NCBI GenBank assembly: GCA_964419065.1
Contig: CAYQOD010000001.1
Span: 1 to 30,430, forward strand
DNA from: an uncultured Thermodesulfobacteriota bacterium
GTDB lineage: Bacteria; Desulfobacterota; B13-G15; RBG-16-54-18
Reading direction: 5' to 3'
Length of the DNA stretch: 30,430 nt
Positions 17,893-25,891 of the stretch are shown in pieces (within the stretch, counting starts at the first letter, position 1; every line of letters starts with the position of its first letter). Position numbers and translations under genes: made by a program. Under the pieces are notes generated by a model. It did not search any database, had not been told where the DNA came from, and was given only the letters and a program-made list of their open reading frames with translations.

Positions 17893-19185
17893 CTACGGTT
17901 CAAAGGCCTTGAAGAGAAGGACGCAGTTGACCCCGCCAAACCCCGCGGAGATGGAGAGGGCAGTCTTCACCTCCTTTGCTCGAGGTTCATTGGGGACATA
18001 GTCCAGGTCGCATTCGGGGTCCGGAAATTCATAGTTGATGGTAGGGTGAATAACCCCCCGTTCAATGGTGAGGATCGTAGCGATGGCCTCTGCACCCCCG
18101 TCCGCTCCGATGAGGTGACCGATCATCGACTTGGTGGAACTGATGGGTATCTGATAGGCGTAGTCCCCGAAGACCTTTTTGATGGCCTTGGTCTCGGTGA
18201 CATCATTCAGCTTGGTAGAGGTCCCATGGGGGTTGATGTAGTCGACCTCTCCGGGGGGGACCCCTCCCATTTCCAGGGCCAGCTCGATGGCCTTGCTCAA
18301 AGATGTGGCCGTTGGGTCCGGCTCGGCGATGTGGTAGGCATCAGCGGTCATCCCATAGCCGATGAGCTCGGCGTAGATGAGCGCACCCCTCTTGAGGGCA
18401 TGATTCAGTTCCTCCAAGACGATCACCCCTGCCCCTTCTCCCATGACGAAGCCATCTCGATACAGATCAAATGGTCGGCAGGCCTTGTGGGGTTCGTCGT
18501 TTCTGGTGGACATAGCCCGCAGGGCGATAAACCCCCCGAAAGAGAGGGGGGTGATGCAGGCGTCTGATCCACCGGTGAAGATCATCTCCTCAGGACCATC
18601 CTGAATTCTGCTGTAGCTGGTGGCAATGGCGTGGTTGGCCGAGGCGCAGGCTGAGGAGATCACATAGGTTGTCCCCCGGATTCCGAACCGCTCCGCGACG
18701 TTGGAGGCCACCGAACTGGTGTATACATTGGGGAGGGCGAAAGGGGAAATCCTCCGGGGACCACCGTGTTTCAGTAAGCTATCGTACGCGTCTTCCATAA
18801 TCTCCATGTTCTCGACCGCTACCCCCACGATCGCCCCTATTTTAAAGGGATCGGAGTGATTGAGCTCATATCTTCCCTCCACACCTTCTCGGGACAGGAG
18901 CTCTATCTCCCCATCTTCCAGGGCCAGTTTAGCCCCCACGAGGGCAAACTGAGAGGCCCTCCCCAGATATTTATCACCCTTGTGAACGGGGAGGTAATCA
19001 TGCACGGAGAAGTCCTTTATCTGTGCTGCTATTCTAGTCCTGAACTGCCCCATATCAAAATTGGGGAACCCTAAAAGATCTACACCCGATTTCCCCTCCA
19101 GGAGGGCTTTCCAATATGCCTCCTTGCCTATTCCGATGGGGGTAACCGGACCTAATCCCGTAATCACAATTCTCTTTCGCTTCAT
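17893..19185 (-). CDS. fabF: Beta-ketoacyl-ACP synthase II-like condensing enzyme (stand-alone, divergent)
   Basis: RIVITGLG, SACAS (catalytic Cys), NPHGTST and KSMIGH (catalytic His pair), FVMGEGAG, GFGG. Start ATG 19185. Confidence 0.85.
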   Translation of the reverse strand: MKRKRIVITGLGPVTPIGIGKEAYWKALLEGKSGVDLLGFPNFDMGQFRTRIAAQIKDFSVHDYLPVHKGDKYLGRASQFALVGAKLALEDGEIELLSREGVEGRYELNHSDPFKIGAIVGVAVENMEIMEDAYDSLLKHGGPRRISPFALPNVYTSSVASNVAERFGIRGTTYVISSACASANHAIATSYSRIQDGPEEMIFTGGSDACITPLSFGGFIALRAMSTRNDEPHKACRPFDLYRDGFVMGEGAGVIVLEELNHALKRGALIYAELIGYGMTADAYHIAEPDPTATSLSKAIELALEMGGVPPGEVDYINPHGTSTKLNDVTETKAIKKVFGDYAYQIPISSTKSMIGHLIGADGGAEAIATILTIERGVIHPTINYEFPDPECDLDYVPNEPRAKEVKTALSISAGFGGVNCVLLFKAFEP

Positions 19186-19228
19186 AGGCAAAGGTCGTTT
19201 CCTCACTATAAAGAATAAATTAAGCCTA

Positions 19229-19257
19229 ACGATAAAGGTATCGGAGAAATTTTTCAA
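19229..19257 (-). promoter_or_regulatory. Possible sigma70 promoter TTGAAA-N17-TATCGT for fabF
   Basis: Spacing is correct; hexamers are imperfect. Confidence 0.4.
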
Positions 19258-19297
19258 GAAAAAACTGATCTCAATGTTCTCATCCGGGCCGATAAAA

Positions 19298-19326
19298 TTG
19301 ACGTCTGCCTCATTTTTAGCTATGAT
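19298..19326 (+). promoter_or_regulatory. Sigma70 promoter TTGACG-N17-TATGAT for bamD
   Basis: 5/6 matches in both hexamers, 17-nt spacer. Confidence 0.7.
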
Positions 19327-19359
19327 GGGTTATTTTATAAGTAAGGGGGATATAATGAT

Positions 19360-20571
19360 ATGAAGTTCAACTATACACGGCTGATAGTAATGGTTATTGT
19401 CTCCTCGCTTCTGCTTTTCGGCTGCGCTGGCAAGAAGAAGAACCTCCCCCTCCCCAAAGACCCTGCCGTACTCTACACAAAAGGGACTGTCCTCTTCAAC
19501 AAAGGGAAATACAAAGAGGCCATAAAGGCCTTCACCCAACTCAAGAACTACTTCCCCTCTGATGAACTCTATGCCCTCAAGGCCGACCTCCGGATCGCGG
19601 ACTGTCACTTCTTCCGGAAGGAATATCCGGAGGCGATATCACGGTATACGGAGTTTAAAAAACAACATCCCTTTCACCCTGACGTCCCCTATGTGGAGTT
19701 TCAGAGAGGGCTCTGTTATTATCAACAGATATTATCGAAAGATCGAGACCAAGAGGCCACGGAAAAGGCCCTAACCGCCTTTCAAAATGTGGTCTCCAAC
19801 TATCCTGATAGTATCTTCGCCCAGAAGGCCCGGGAGAAGATCACCTTCTGTCGGCGGAGGCTGGCGGAAAACGATCTCTACATCGCCCGTTTCTATCTCC
19901 GCAAGAGGGAATACCCTGCTGCGGAGAAAAGGGCCGCTCTGGTCTCTGAAAGATATCCTGAGTCTGGGATAGGTGATGAGGCACTCTACTACCTCGCCAT
20001 CGCCCTCCATAAGCAGGAGAGAAATCCTGAGGCCCTGACCCCCTTGACACGACTGGTAGAGGATTACCCCCAAAGTCCTTTCGCCAAAGAAGGAAAGAAG
20101 CTCTTGGCCAGCCTGAAGACGGAAGGAGTGGTGGAGGTCCCTTCGGTACGTGAGGGAGGGGAGATGATGGCATCCACGCCCTTGGGCACAACGACGAAAG
20201 AAAAGTTTCCCTTCCAGATTACCGCCAGGCATACTGAGAAGATCCCTGAGAAGAATGCCGTCATGTATACGGAAGAAGTAGTCGTCTTGGGCGAAGGGGC
20301 GGTCATTCGTGCCGATTCCCTCATGGTGACCATGGGAGGGGAAGATGTCCCCAGGGAGATGGTGGCCATGGGTGAGGTGAAGGTGCAGGGAGGGGGGGAA
20401 GAGATCTTCTGCAAAAAGGCCGTTTGGTCCCCGACGCAAAATCTCTTGGTGATGACGGGCGATGCCAAGATCAGGGGATTTGCAGAGTGGACACGGGGAG
20501 ACGAGATCACCCTTGACCTCGATACCGGCAGGATAGAGATCAAAGGTAAGAAGGTGGAGCCTATGGATTAA
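19360..20571 (+). CDS. bamD: Outer-membrane assembly lipoprotein BamD fused to a C-terminal LptA/OstA-like domain
   Basis: Lipobox LFGC; TPR motifs YPEAISRYTEFKKQHP, YVEFQRGLCYY, RDQEAT..AL..F..VV..YP.S, LAENDLYIARFY; from about nt 20206 PFQITA...IRADSL...MVAMGEVKV...KAVW...LVMTGDAKI...RGDEITLDL. Confidence 0.85.
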   Translation: MKFNYTRLIVMVIVSSLLLFGCAGKKKNLPLPKDPAVLYTKGTVLFNKGKYKEAIKAFTQLKNYFPSDELYALKADLRIADCHFFRKEYPEAISRYTEFKKQHPFHPDVPYVEFQRGLCYYQQILSKDRDQEATEKALTAFQNVVSNYPDSIFAQKAREKITFCRRRLAENDLYIARFYLRKREYPAAEKRAALVSERYPESGIGDEALYYLAIALHKQERNPEALTPLTRLVEDYPQSPFAKEGKKLLASLKTEGVVEVPSVREGGEMMASTPLGTTTKEKFPFQITARHTEKIPEKNAVMYTEEVVVLGEGAVIRADSLMVTMGGEDVPREMVAMGEVKVQGGGEEIFCKKAVWSPTQNLLVMTGDAKIRGFAEWTRGDEITLDLDTGRIEIKGKKVEPMD

Positions 20572-20615
20572 ATCGAGGTCACGAGGGCCCTGCATGGTGA
20601 AAGATCGGGTTTGGA

Positions 20616-20642
20616 GGGGGATCGTATCCCCCCTTCTTTTTA
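20616..20642 (+). terminator. Possible intrinsic terminator after bamD
   Basis: GGGGGAT-cgt-ATCCCCC stem followed by CTTCTTTTT. Confidence 0.5.
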
Positions 20643-20654
20643 TTGGTTCCAGGG

Positions 20655-21986
20655 ATGGATAAGGTCTATCTGATCAGTTTGGGTTGCCCCAAGAACCGGG
20701 TCGACTCCGAGGTGATCTTGGGTCTCTTAGCCCACGATGGCTTTGCGCTCACCTTCACGTTGGAGGGGGCGGACGTGGTCATCATAAACACCTGCGCCTT
20801 TATCCAGGAGGCGGTACAGGAATCCGTTGAGACGATTCTCGAGGCGGTCCACGAGAAGGAGAGAGGAAGGGTTCAGAGGGTAGTGGTCACTGGATGTCTC
20901 CCCCAGCGCTATGGTGAGGCATTGGCCCATGAGATCCCCGAGGTAGATCTCTGGAGCGGGGCCGGTGACTTTCCTCAGATACCCCAGCGGTTGAGAGAGG
21001 AGGGTCCAAAAGTATTGATAGGAGAACCTCGCTATCTCTATGACCACCGTACCCCTCGCATTATCACCAATACCCTCCACTCTGCTTATGTGAAGATTGC
21101 CGAGGGGTGCTCGCACCGCTGCACGTTTTGCTTAATACCTCAGCTCCGGGGACGATATAGAAGCAGAAGGGCGGATTCGGTGGTTCATGAAGTAAAGGAT
21201 TTGGCCGACAAAGGAGTGGTAGAGGTAATCTTGGTGGCCCAGGATACCACCGCTTATGGGATAGACATGGGCGAGGAGGGAGGACTCTGGCGGCTCTTGA
21301 GGGATATGGTAAAGATCAGGGGACTGCGGTGGATCAGGTTGCTCTATACATATCCCCATCCAGACAATTTCCCCCCTGTCCTGCTGGAGATGATCGCCGG
21401 GGAGGAGAAGATCTGCTCCTATCTCGACATCCCCATCCAACATATCAATGATACGGTCTTGCGACGCATGGGACGGAGGGGCTCGGGGGGGAAGATCAGG
21501 GGATTGATCCACCGCATCAAGAGGGACTATCCCACCATCCACCTACGCACCACCCTGATGGTAGGATTCCCTGGAGAGGGCGAAGAAGAGTTCAGAGAGT
21601 TGGTGGACTTTGTCCAAGAAGCGAGGTTCACCCATCTGGGGGTGTTCACGTACTCCCCGGAGGAGGGTACCAGCGCTCATCGGATAAAGGGGAGGCCTCC
21701 CTTTCAGGTAGCCGAGGAAAGGGCTGCCCGGATCATGGAGTTGCAGCAGGGGATCTCGTGGGAGAGGAATAACGGGATGGTGGGATCGGTGGTTCCGGTC
21801 CTGATCGATGGGGTGAACGTCGAACCAGGGGGGCATTTACAGGGGAGGACTTCGTTTCAAGCCCCGGAGATTGATGGGGTGGTCTACATCGACAAGGGGA
21901 CAGCCAGAAGGGGTGAGATAGTGAGGGTAAAGATCACCCACGCAGAACCCTATGACCTGGTAGGTGAGGTTGAAGTAAGGTCTTGA
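20655..21986 (+). CDS. rimO: Ribosomal protein S12 methylthiotransferase
   Basis: ISLGCPKNRVDSE, NTCAFI, TGCLPQRY, KIAEGCSHRCTFC, QDTTAYG, QAPEIDG and a C-terminal TRAM domain. Confidence 0.95.
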   Translation: MDKVYLISLGCPKNRVDSEVILGLLAHDGFALTFTLEGADVVIINTCAFIQEAVQESVETILEAVHEKERGRVQRVVVTGCLPQRYGEALAHEIPEVDLWSGAGDFPQIPQRLREEGPKVLIGEPRYLYDHRTPRIITNTLHSAYVKIAEGCSHRCTFCLIPQLRGRYRSRRADSVVHEVKDLADKGVVEVILVAQDTTAYGIDMGEEGGLWRLLRDMVKIRGLRWIRLLYTYPHPDNFPPVLLEMIAGEEKICSYLDIPIQHINDTVLRRMGRRGSGGKIRGLIHRIKRDYPTIHLRTTLMVGFPGEGEEEFRELVDFVQEARFTHLGVFTYSPEEGTSAHRIKGRPPFQVAEERAARIMELQQGISWERNNGMVGSVVPVLIDGVNVEPGGHLQGRTSFQAPEIDGVVYIDKGTARRGEIVRVKITHAEPYDLVGEVEVRS

Positions 21987-22018
21987 GCGAAATGCCGAGC
22001 GGATGAACCTCATCCCTC

Positions 22019-22327
22019 TTATCCTTGGAGAGTTATCAACATGACACGTACCAGAACCAGCACCCATCCAATAATCACCACGACCCACGCGAGCTTTTTG
22101 GTGATCTGTACAATCACTAAGAAGATCGTTACTATCGCCAGGAGCCCTATCGTTTCCGCCAGATCACTGGGTATCGTTACTGAAGGCAGGATCGAATGGA
22201 TGAGGGCAGCGATCAAGTCCCCGATCCAGTTGGCGATGGTGGAGAGGAACTGCAGGATCTTTACCAGCATCTCATCGAAACCCTCAGGTGGTTTAAGCAC
22301 TCCTTGCTGCAGGAGAGGTAATTCCAT
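22019..22327 (-). CDS. Small hypothetical membrane protein
   Basis: Two to three hydrophobic segments; the real start may be ATG 22270 (MLVKILQF). Confidence 0.6.
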   Translation of the reverse strand: MELPLLQQGVLKPPEGFDEMLVKILQFLSTIANWIGDLIAALIHSILPSVTIPSDLAETIGLLAIVTIFLVIVQITKKLAWVVVIIGWVLVLVRVMLITLQG

Positions 22328-22436
22328 ATCTTTCGTGCCGAAAAGACCTTCCCTTTTGAATTGCGGGGCAATTAATCAGCCTGGTGCTGCATGTGCATAG
22401 TAGCCTCTGTGTGTTGCAAGTCTGTTATAAACTTCA

Positions 22437-22597
22437 GAAGGGGCAGATTAGATAAGGTTGATGTGCGGCATCCATCGCCTGAACTGTCGATCATGTTTCT
22501 GTCGAAGGGTTTGAATAGGTGGCCACACCACTTCAAGTGAAATGGCGACTCCGGCCGTCTTACGGACCTTCCTATTCGTATATTCTCCATCGCTCAT
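22437..22597 (-). pseudogene. Decayed 2H-phosphoesterase (2'-5' RNA ligase-like family) fragment
   Basis: ATG 22597 gives ...KTAGVAISLEVVWPPIQTLRQKHDRQFRRWMPHINLI*; deleting ATCTG (22444-22448) restores HINLIYPF, followed by a stop. Confidence 0.6.
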
Positions 22598-22607
22598 CAG
22601 CGAGGAT

Positions 22608-23309
22608 TTACGGTTTCCACCTGATGACCTGGTTTTCGAAATCTATGCTATATTCGAGGCCCCGCAAAAAGTTCATCCCCAGTAATCCGTCATGTGGGAC
22701 TGACGGACCACTGTGAAGTAAGATCAAGACCTGGATGCCGGTCTTCTCATGTGGTCCGACCCTGATATAGTCCATCTTTACCAGTCTGGCATTGACCACT
22801 TTACCTCCCGGCACCCGCACCGAGGCATTCTCCGAATACGTAATAGGTAATCGCTTGGCGATCTCCTGATGGATTGATACCAACTCAGCCCCTGTATCCA
22901 GAACGAGCGTGACCTCAACTTGTGTCCCCTTATAGCCGAGGCTGACAGGCACCAATACGGCATTCCCCTGTATCGTTACCTTCGTTTGAAGGCTCCTTTC
23001 GTACTCCTCTTGGGTGATTTGTTCCTTCTCTCTTTCTCTCTCTTCCAACCATTCTTCCACCCCCCGGCTCTGGCTCTCCTCTGCCTCCCCCCCTTCTCCT
23101 CCAGAGGGACTTTTAGGCTTATCCTCGTACACTTTCAGATTATTCCTGTATTCACTCGGTATCTTGCCCTCATCATCGACGCATGTGAACGTCCCCTTTT
23201 TGTCAGTATAACAGTAGGTATCCGAGCGCAGCTCGAGCGGAAACGAAAGCATTCCGATGAACAGCAGTAGCAGCGTAAAAACAGTGATCTTTGTCTTTTT
23301 GTTATTCAT
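22608..23309 (-). CDS. Retropepsin-like (clan AA) aspartic protease with signal/TM segment and DUF4124-like N-terminal domain
   Basis: VLDTGA catalytic motif, DGLLGMNFL; N-terminal YCYTDKKG...IPSEYR. Confidence 0.85.
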   Translation of the reverse strand: MNNKKTKITVFTLLLLFIGMLSFPLELRSDTYCYTDKKGTFTCVDDEGKIPSEYRNNLKVYEDKPKSPSGGEGGEAEESQSRGVEEWLEEREREKEQITQEEYERSLQTKVTIQGNAVLVPVSLGYKGTQVEVTLVLDTGAELVSIHQEIAKRLPITYSENASVRVPGGKVVNARLVKMDYIRVGPHEKTGIQVLILLHSGPSVPHDGLLGMNFLRGLEYSIDFENQVIRWKP

Positions 23310-23321
23310 CTCGCTTCGCGT

Positions 23322-23330
23322 ATTATATCA
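23322..23330 (-). promoter_or_regulatory. Extended -10 element TGaTATAAT upstream of the protease
   Basis: TGn plus a consensus TATAAT, 12 nt before the ATG. Confidence 0.4.
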
Positions 23331-23516
23331 TACGCTGTATCCCGCAGCAATCCATCCCTGATCCCTGGGGTTGCGGGGGGACGCTGCAGTTCAAGGTAGA
23401 TAGTACTCTATTTCGCCATTTTTGCACAGCCAAATCCTCATCAAAAACCTCCCTGTCGGGTTAGGCCTTTGCACTTGCGCACAATCCACCATTGCTCGGC
23501 TGAGTTCACGGTAAGG

Positions 23517-23536
23517 CCCTCACCACGTGGAGAGGG
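23517..23536. repeat. Short REP-like hairpin CCCTCACCACGTGGAGAGGG
   Basis: Imperfect palindrome just after the 23557 gene stop; resembles 30369-30390. Confidence 0.45.
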
Positions 23537-23556
23537 AAGGAAGGGTGTTGAGGTTG

Positions 23557-24399
23557 CTACAGGATCTGTATCTCCTCCAAGATGCGTTTTTTAGTCGCTA
23601 AAGGCTCATGCTCTTTTTGAGCCTTTCCTGCGATCTCTTTCCCGAGCAAGGCAGCGCCGAGGGCTCCGGTGATCAACGGCTCGTCAGGCACCACGATATC
23701 GTGGTCCAACTGCTCGGAGAGGGCCTTCACCAGACCCTTGTTCTTGCCCCCTCCACCGGTCAGGACAACGAGGTCTTCTACCCGAAGCCGATTGACCATC
23801 CTGACCACCCTATCCGCTAAGGATCTATGAACCCCGGCAACCAGATCAGGGATAGGCACCCCTCGCGCTAGGCTGGTCGCCACCTCCTGCTGCGCCCATA
23901 TGGTGCAGATGTTGCTAATCTGCGCTGGATTCGTGCTCTGCAGGGATCTATCCCCGATCTCTTCCAGTGGTATCCCCAGGGTATCGGCGATCACCTCAAT
24001 GAACCTGCCGGTACCCGCGGCACACTTGTCGTTCATAACGAAATCGATCGGCCTGCCGGTTGCATCCACCTTTATGGCCTTGCTATCCTGGCCCCCAATA
24101 TCGATGATGGTCTTGGCATCGGGGAAAAGGCTGAAAATCCCCCTGGCGTGACAGGTGATCTCTGTAATCTGTTTATCGGCAAAGGGGACGTTGATCCTCC
24201 CGTAGCCTGTAGAGACGATATAGGTGATTTTATCAAAGGGTATGCCTGCTTCCTTCAAGGCCTCTTCCATGACCTTGTTGGCGAGCCTGCGCTGTTCCGG
24301 GCCAGTGGGGCCTATAACCGAAGCGATGATCCCATCGTCCAGGATCAACGCCTTGGTCATAGTGGAACCGACATCAATGCCTGCAAAGTACGCCGTCAT
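23557..24399 (-). CDS. ASKHA-type ATP-dependent activase, BzdQ/BcrA(alpha)-like subunit
   Basis: GIDVGST, STGYGR, EITCHARG, DIGGQDSK, MNDKCAAGTG, SNICTIWA, LTGGGG, GALGAA. Confidence 0.85.
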   Translation of the reverse strand: MTAYFAGIDVGSTMTKALILDDGIIASVIGPTGPEQRRLANKVMEEALKEAGIPFDKITYIVSTGYGRINVPFADKQITEITCHARGIFSLFPDAKTIIDIGGQDSKAIKVDATGRPIDFVMNDKCAAGTGRFIEVIADTLGIPLEEIGDRSLQSTNPAQISNICTIWAQQEVATSLARGVPIPDLVAGVHRSLADRVVRMVNRLRVEDLVVLTGGGGKNKGLVKALSEQLDHDIVVPDEPLITGALGAALLGKEIAGKAQKEHEPLATKKRILEEIQIL

Positions 24400-24411
24400 T
24401 GCCCTCTGGTA

Positions 24412-25815
24412 CTATGCTGCCTTGCTCTGCCGGATGGACTCCAGGGTTTCGATGAAGGCATCGATCTTGTTTCGTGTGTCGACCTCTGAGTATGAGGTGA
24501 TATCGATAATATCACTCTCCAGAATCAGGGAAGGGAGTTCACGGTATACCGTCTCTTTCTTCCCGTCCTTTCCGAGCATTAAGACAGGGATGGGTTTATA
24601 GATCTTCCTTAATTGGTGCAGCTGCCAGATGAGGCCCACGTGCCATGTGCGGCATGAAAACGCCTCGTGCATGACCACACCGTCGATCTTATAGTCCTCA
24701 ATCCACTGGATCAGGCGCTCCACATCGGGCTCTGATCCAGGTCGGTTCCTGGCCCTGTCATACCAGAAGGTCCAATATCCGAGCCAACGCCATGCAATAT
24801 GTTCGATGGGGTCCTTGGTCTCGGGTATATCCATCTCATAGAGGGGCATGACCATCCGGTAGGTCGTCTCGACAGGGAAGGTGGCACCCTTGCTGTTAAA
24901 GTAGTTGAAGTCGTTGAGGGCAAACCAGGCAGGCAATCCCCCTCCCCACATGAGCCGGTATTTCTCATGCTCAACCTCCCCCTCTCCCCTGGCGATCTTC
25001 TCCTCCAATTCTTTCTTGAGATTTACAAAGAAATTGTAGGCCTCCTGGGTGGCCATCATGAAGCATATAGGCACCATGGTATTCATGGCATCACCGGTAC
25101 CCATAGGAGAAGGCACCGCCCGTCGCAACTCATATGTCTTGTGGATCAGGTTCCAGGTCCGATTGGCCAGGTCAACGAGCTCGCGCAGACGATCATAATC
25201 CATCTTCTTTCCGGTCTGCTCCTCACAGAATCTTACCAGTCCGCGCAGCTGCTCGACGATATATTTATGATAGTACCCCCACACCTCCCGGTGATCTCGT
25301 TGCGGATCAAAGAGCGGATAGGGGAGGTCAATATTGTAGACTGGCACATCCGGCATAAACTGCTGAGCTGCCTGGTACCACTTGGACCTCGGGTCACAGA
25401 GGATCTGCCCACTCGATATCATGAAATCAGGCCTCGCCTGTCCCCCCCACGGGGCATCGGGAGGCATATCCCTCAGTTCTTCCCGCCACTGATCAAACCC
25501 GAGCCCGCACAGGGCATAGGTACAGAGGGAGCGAGAAAAGCCTAAAGATTCCGCCCTTTGAAGGAATCGCTCGGCATCCCGCTTTGCCCCGCAGATACCG
25601 GCAAAGTTCTCAGTCCACAGAGGCAGGATATCCAGGGCACGGAGGATCTCTTCGTGATGACAGACGATAAAGGTATAGGCTATCTTCTGCCCTCCCTCTG
25701 CCCGTGCCCGAAGGGTTCCGGCAATAAACTCCTTGACCATGGGGCCGATGGAGGCAGCCGCTTGGGTTGCGGTCATCCTCTTTTTGTGCTCTTTCTCTTT
25801 CTGTTCCTCAGCCAT
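24412..25815 (-). CDS. 2-hydroxyacyl-CoA dehydratase/benzoyl-CoA reductase family subunit, BzdO/BcrB(beta)-like
   Basis: ENF...C...AE..GFSRSLCTY, PDF...LCD.RSKWYQ, DLP, YRLMWGGG, IDGVVMHEAFSCR. Confidence 0.8.
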   Translation of the reverse strand: MAEEQKEKEHKKRMTATQAAASIGPMVKEFIAGTLRARAEGGQKIAYTFIVCHHEEILRALDILPLWTENFAGICGAKRDAERFLQRAESLGFSRSLCTYALCGLGFDQWREELRDMPPDAPWGGQARPDFMISSGQILCDPRSKWYQAAQQFMPDVPVYNIDLPYPLFDPQRDHREVWGYYHKYIVEQLRGLVRFCEEQTGKKMDYDRLRELVDLANRTWNLIHKTYELRRAVPSPMGTGDAMNTMVPICFMMATQEAYNFFVNLKKELEEKIARGEGEVEHEKYRLMWGGGLPAWFALNDFNYFNSKGATFPVETTYRMVMPLYEMDIPETKDPIEHIAWRWLGYWTFWYDRARNRPGSEPDVERLIQWIEDYKIDGVVMHEAFSCRTWHVGLIWQLHQLRKIYKPIPVLMLGKDGKKETVYRELPSLILESDIIDITSYSEVDTRNKIDAFIETLESIRQSKAA

Positions 25816-25831
25816 CGCCTAAACCCTCCTC

Positions 25832-25873
25832 ATCCCCCCTCATCCCCCTTTAGAAAAGGGGGGATGGGGGGAT
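25832..25873. repeat. REP-like C/G-rich hairpin between the two reductase subunit genes
   Basis: ATCCCCCC(t)CATCCCCCTT-TAGAA-AAGGGGGGATGGGGGGAT. Confidence 0.75.
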
Positions 25874-25891
25874 TTGAATTGGAAATCCTCT

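Noticed and set aside
23497-23507. 11-nt match (GAACTCAGCCG, minus strand) to the attC-like site at 13484-13494
   Set aside because: No R''/R' boxes or partner arm nearby; could be chance or another repeat family.
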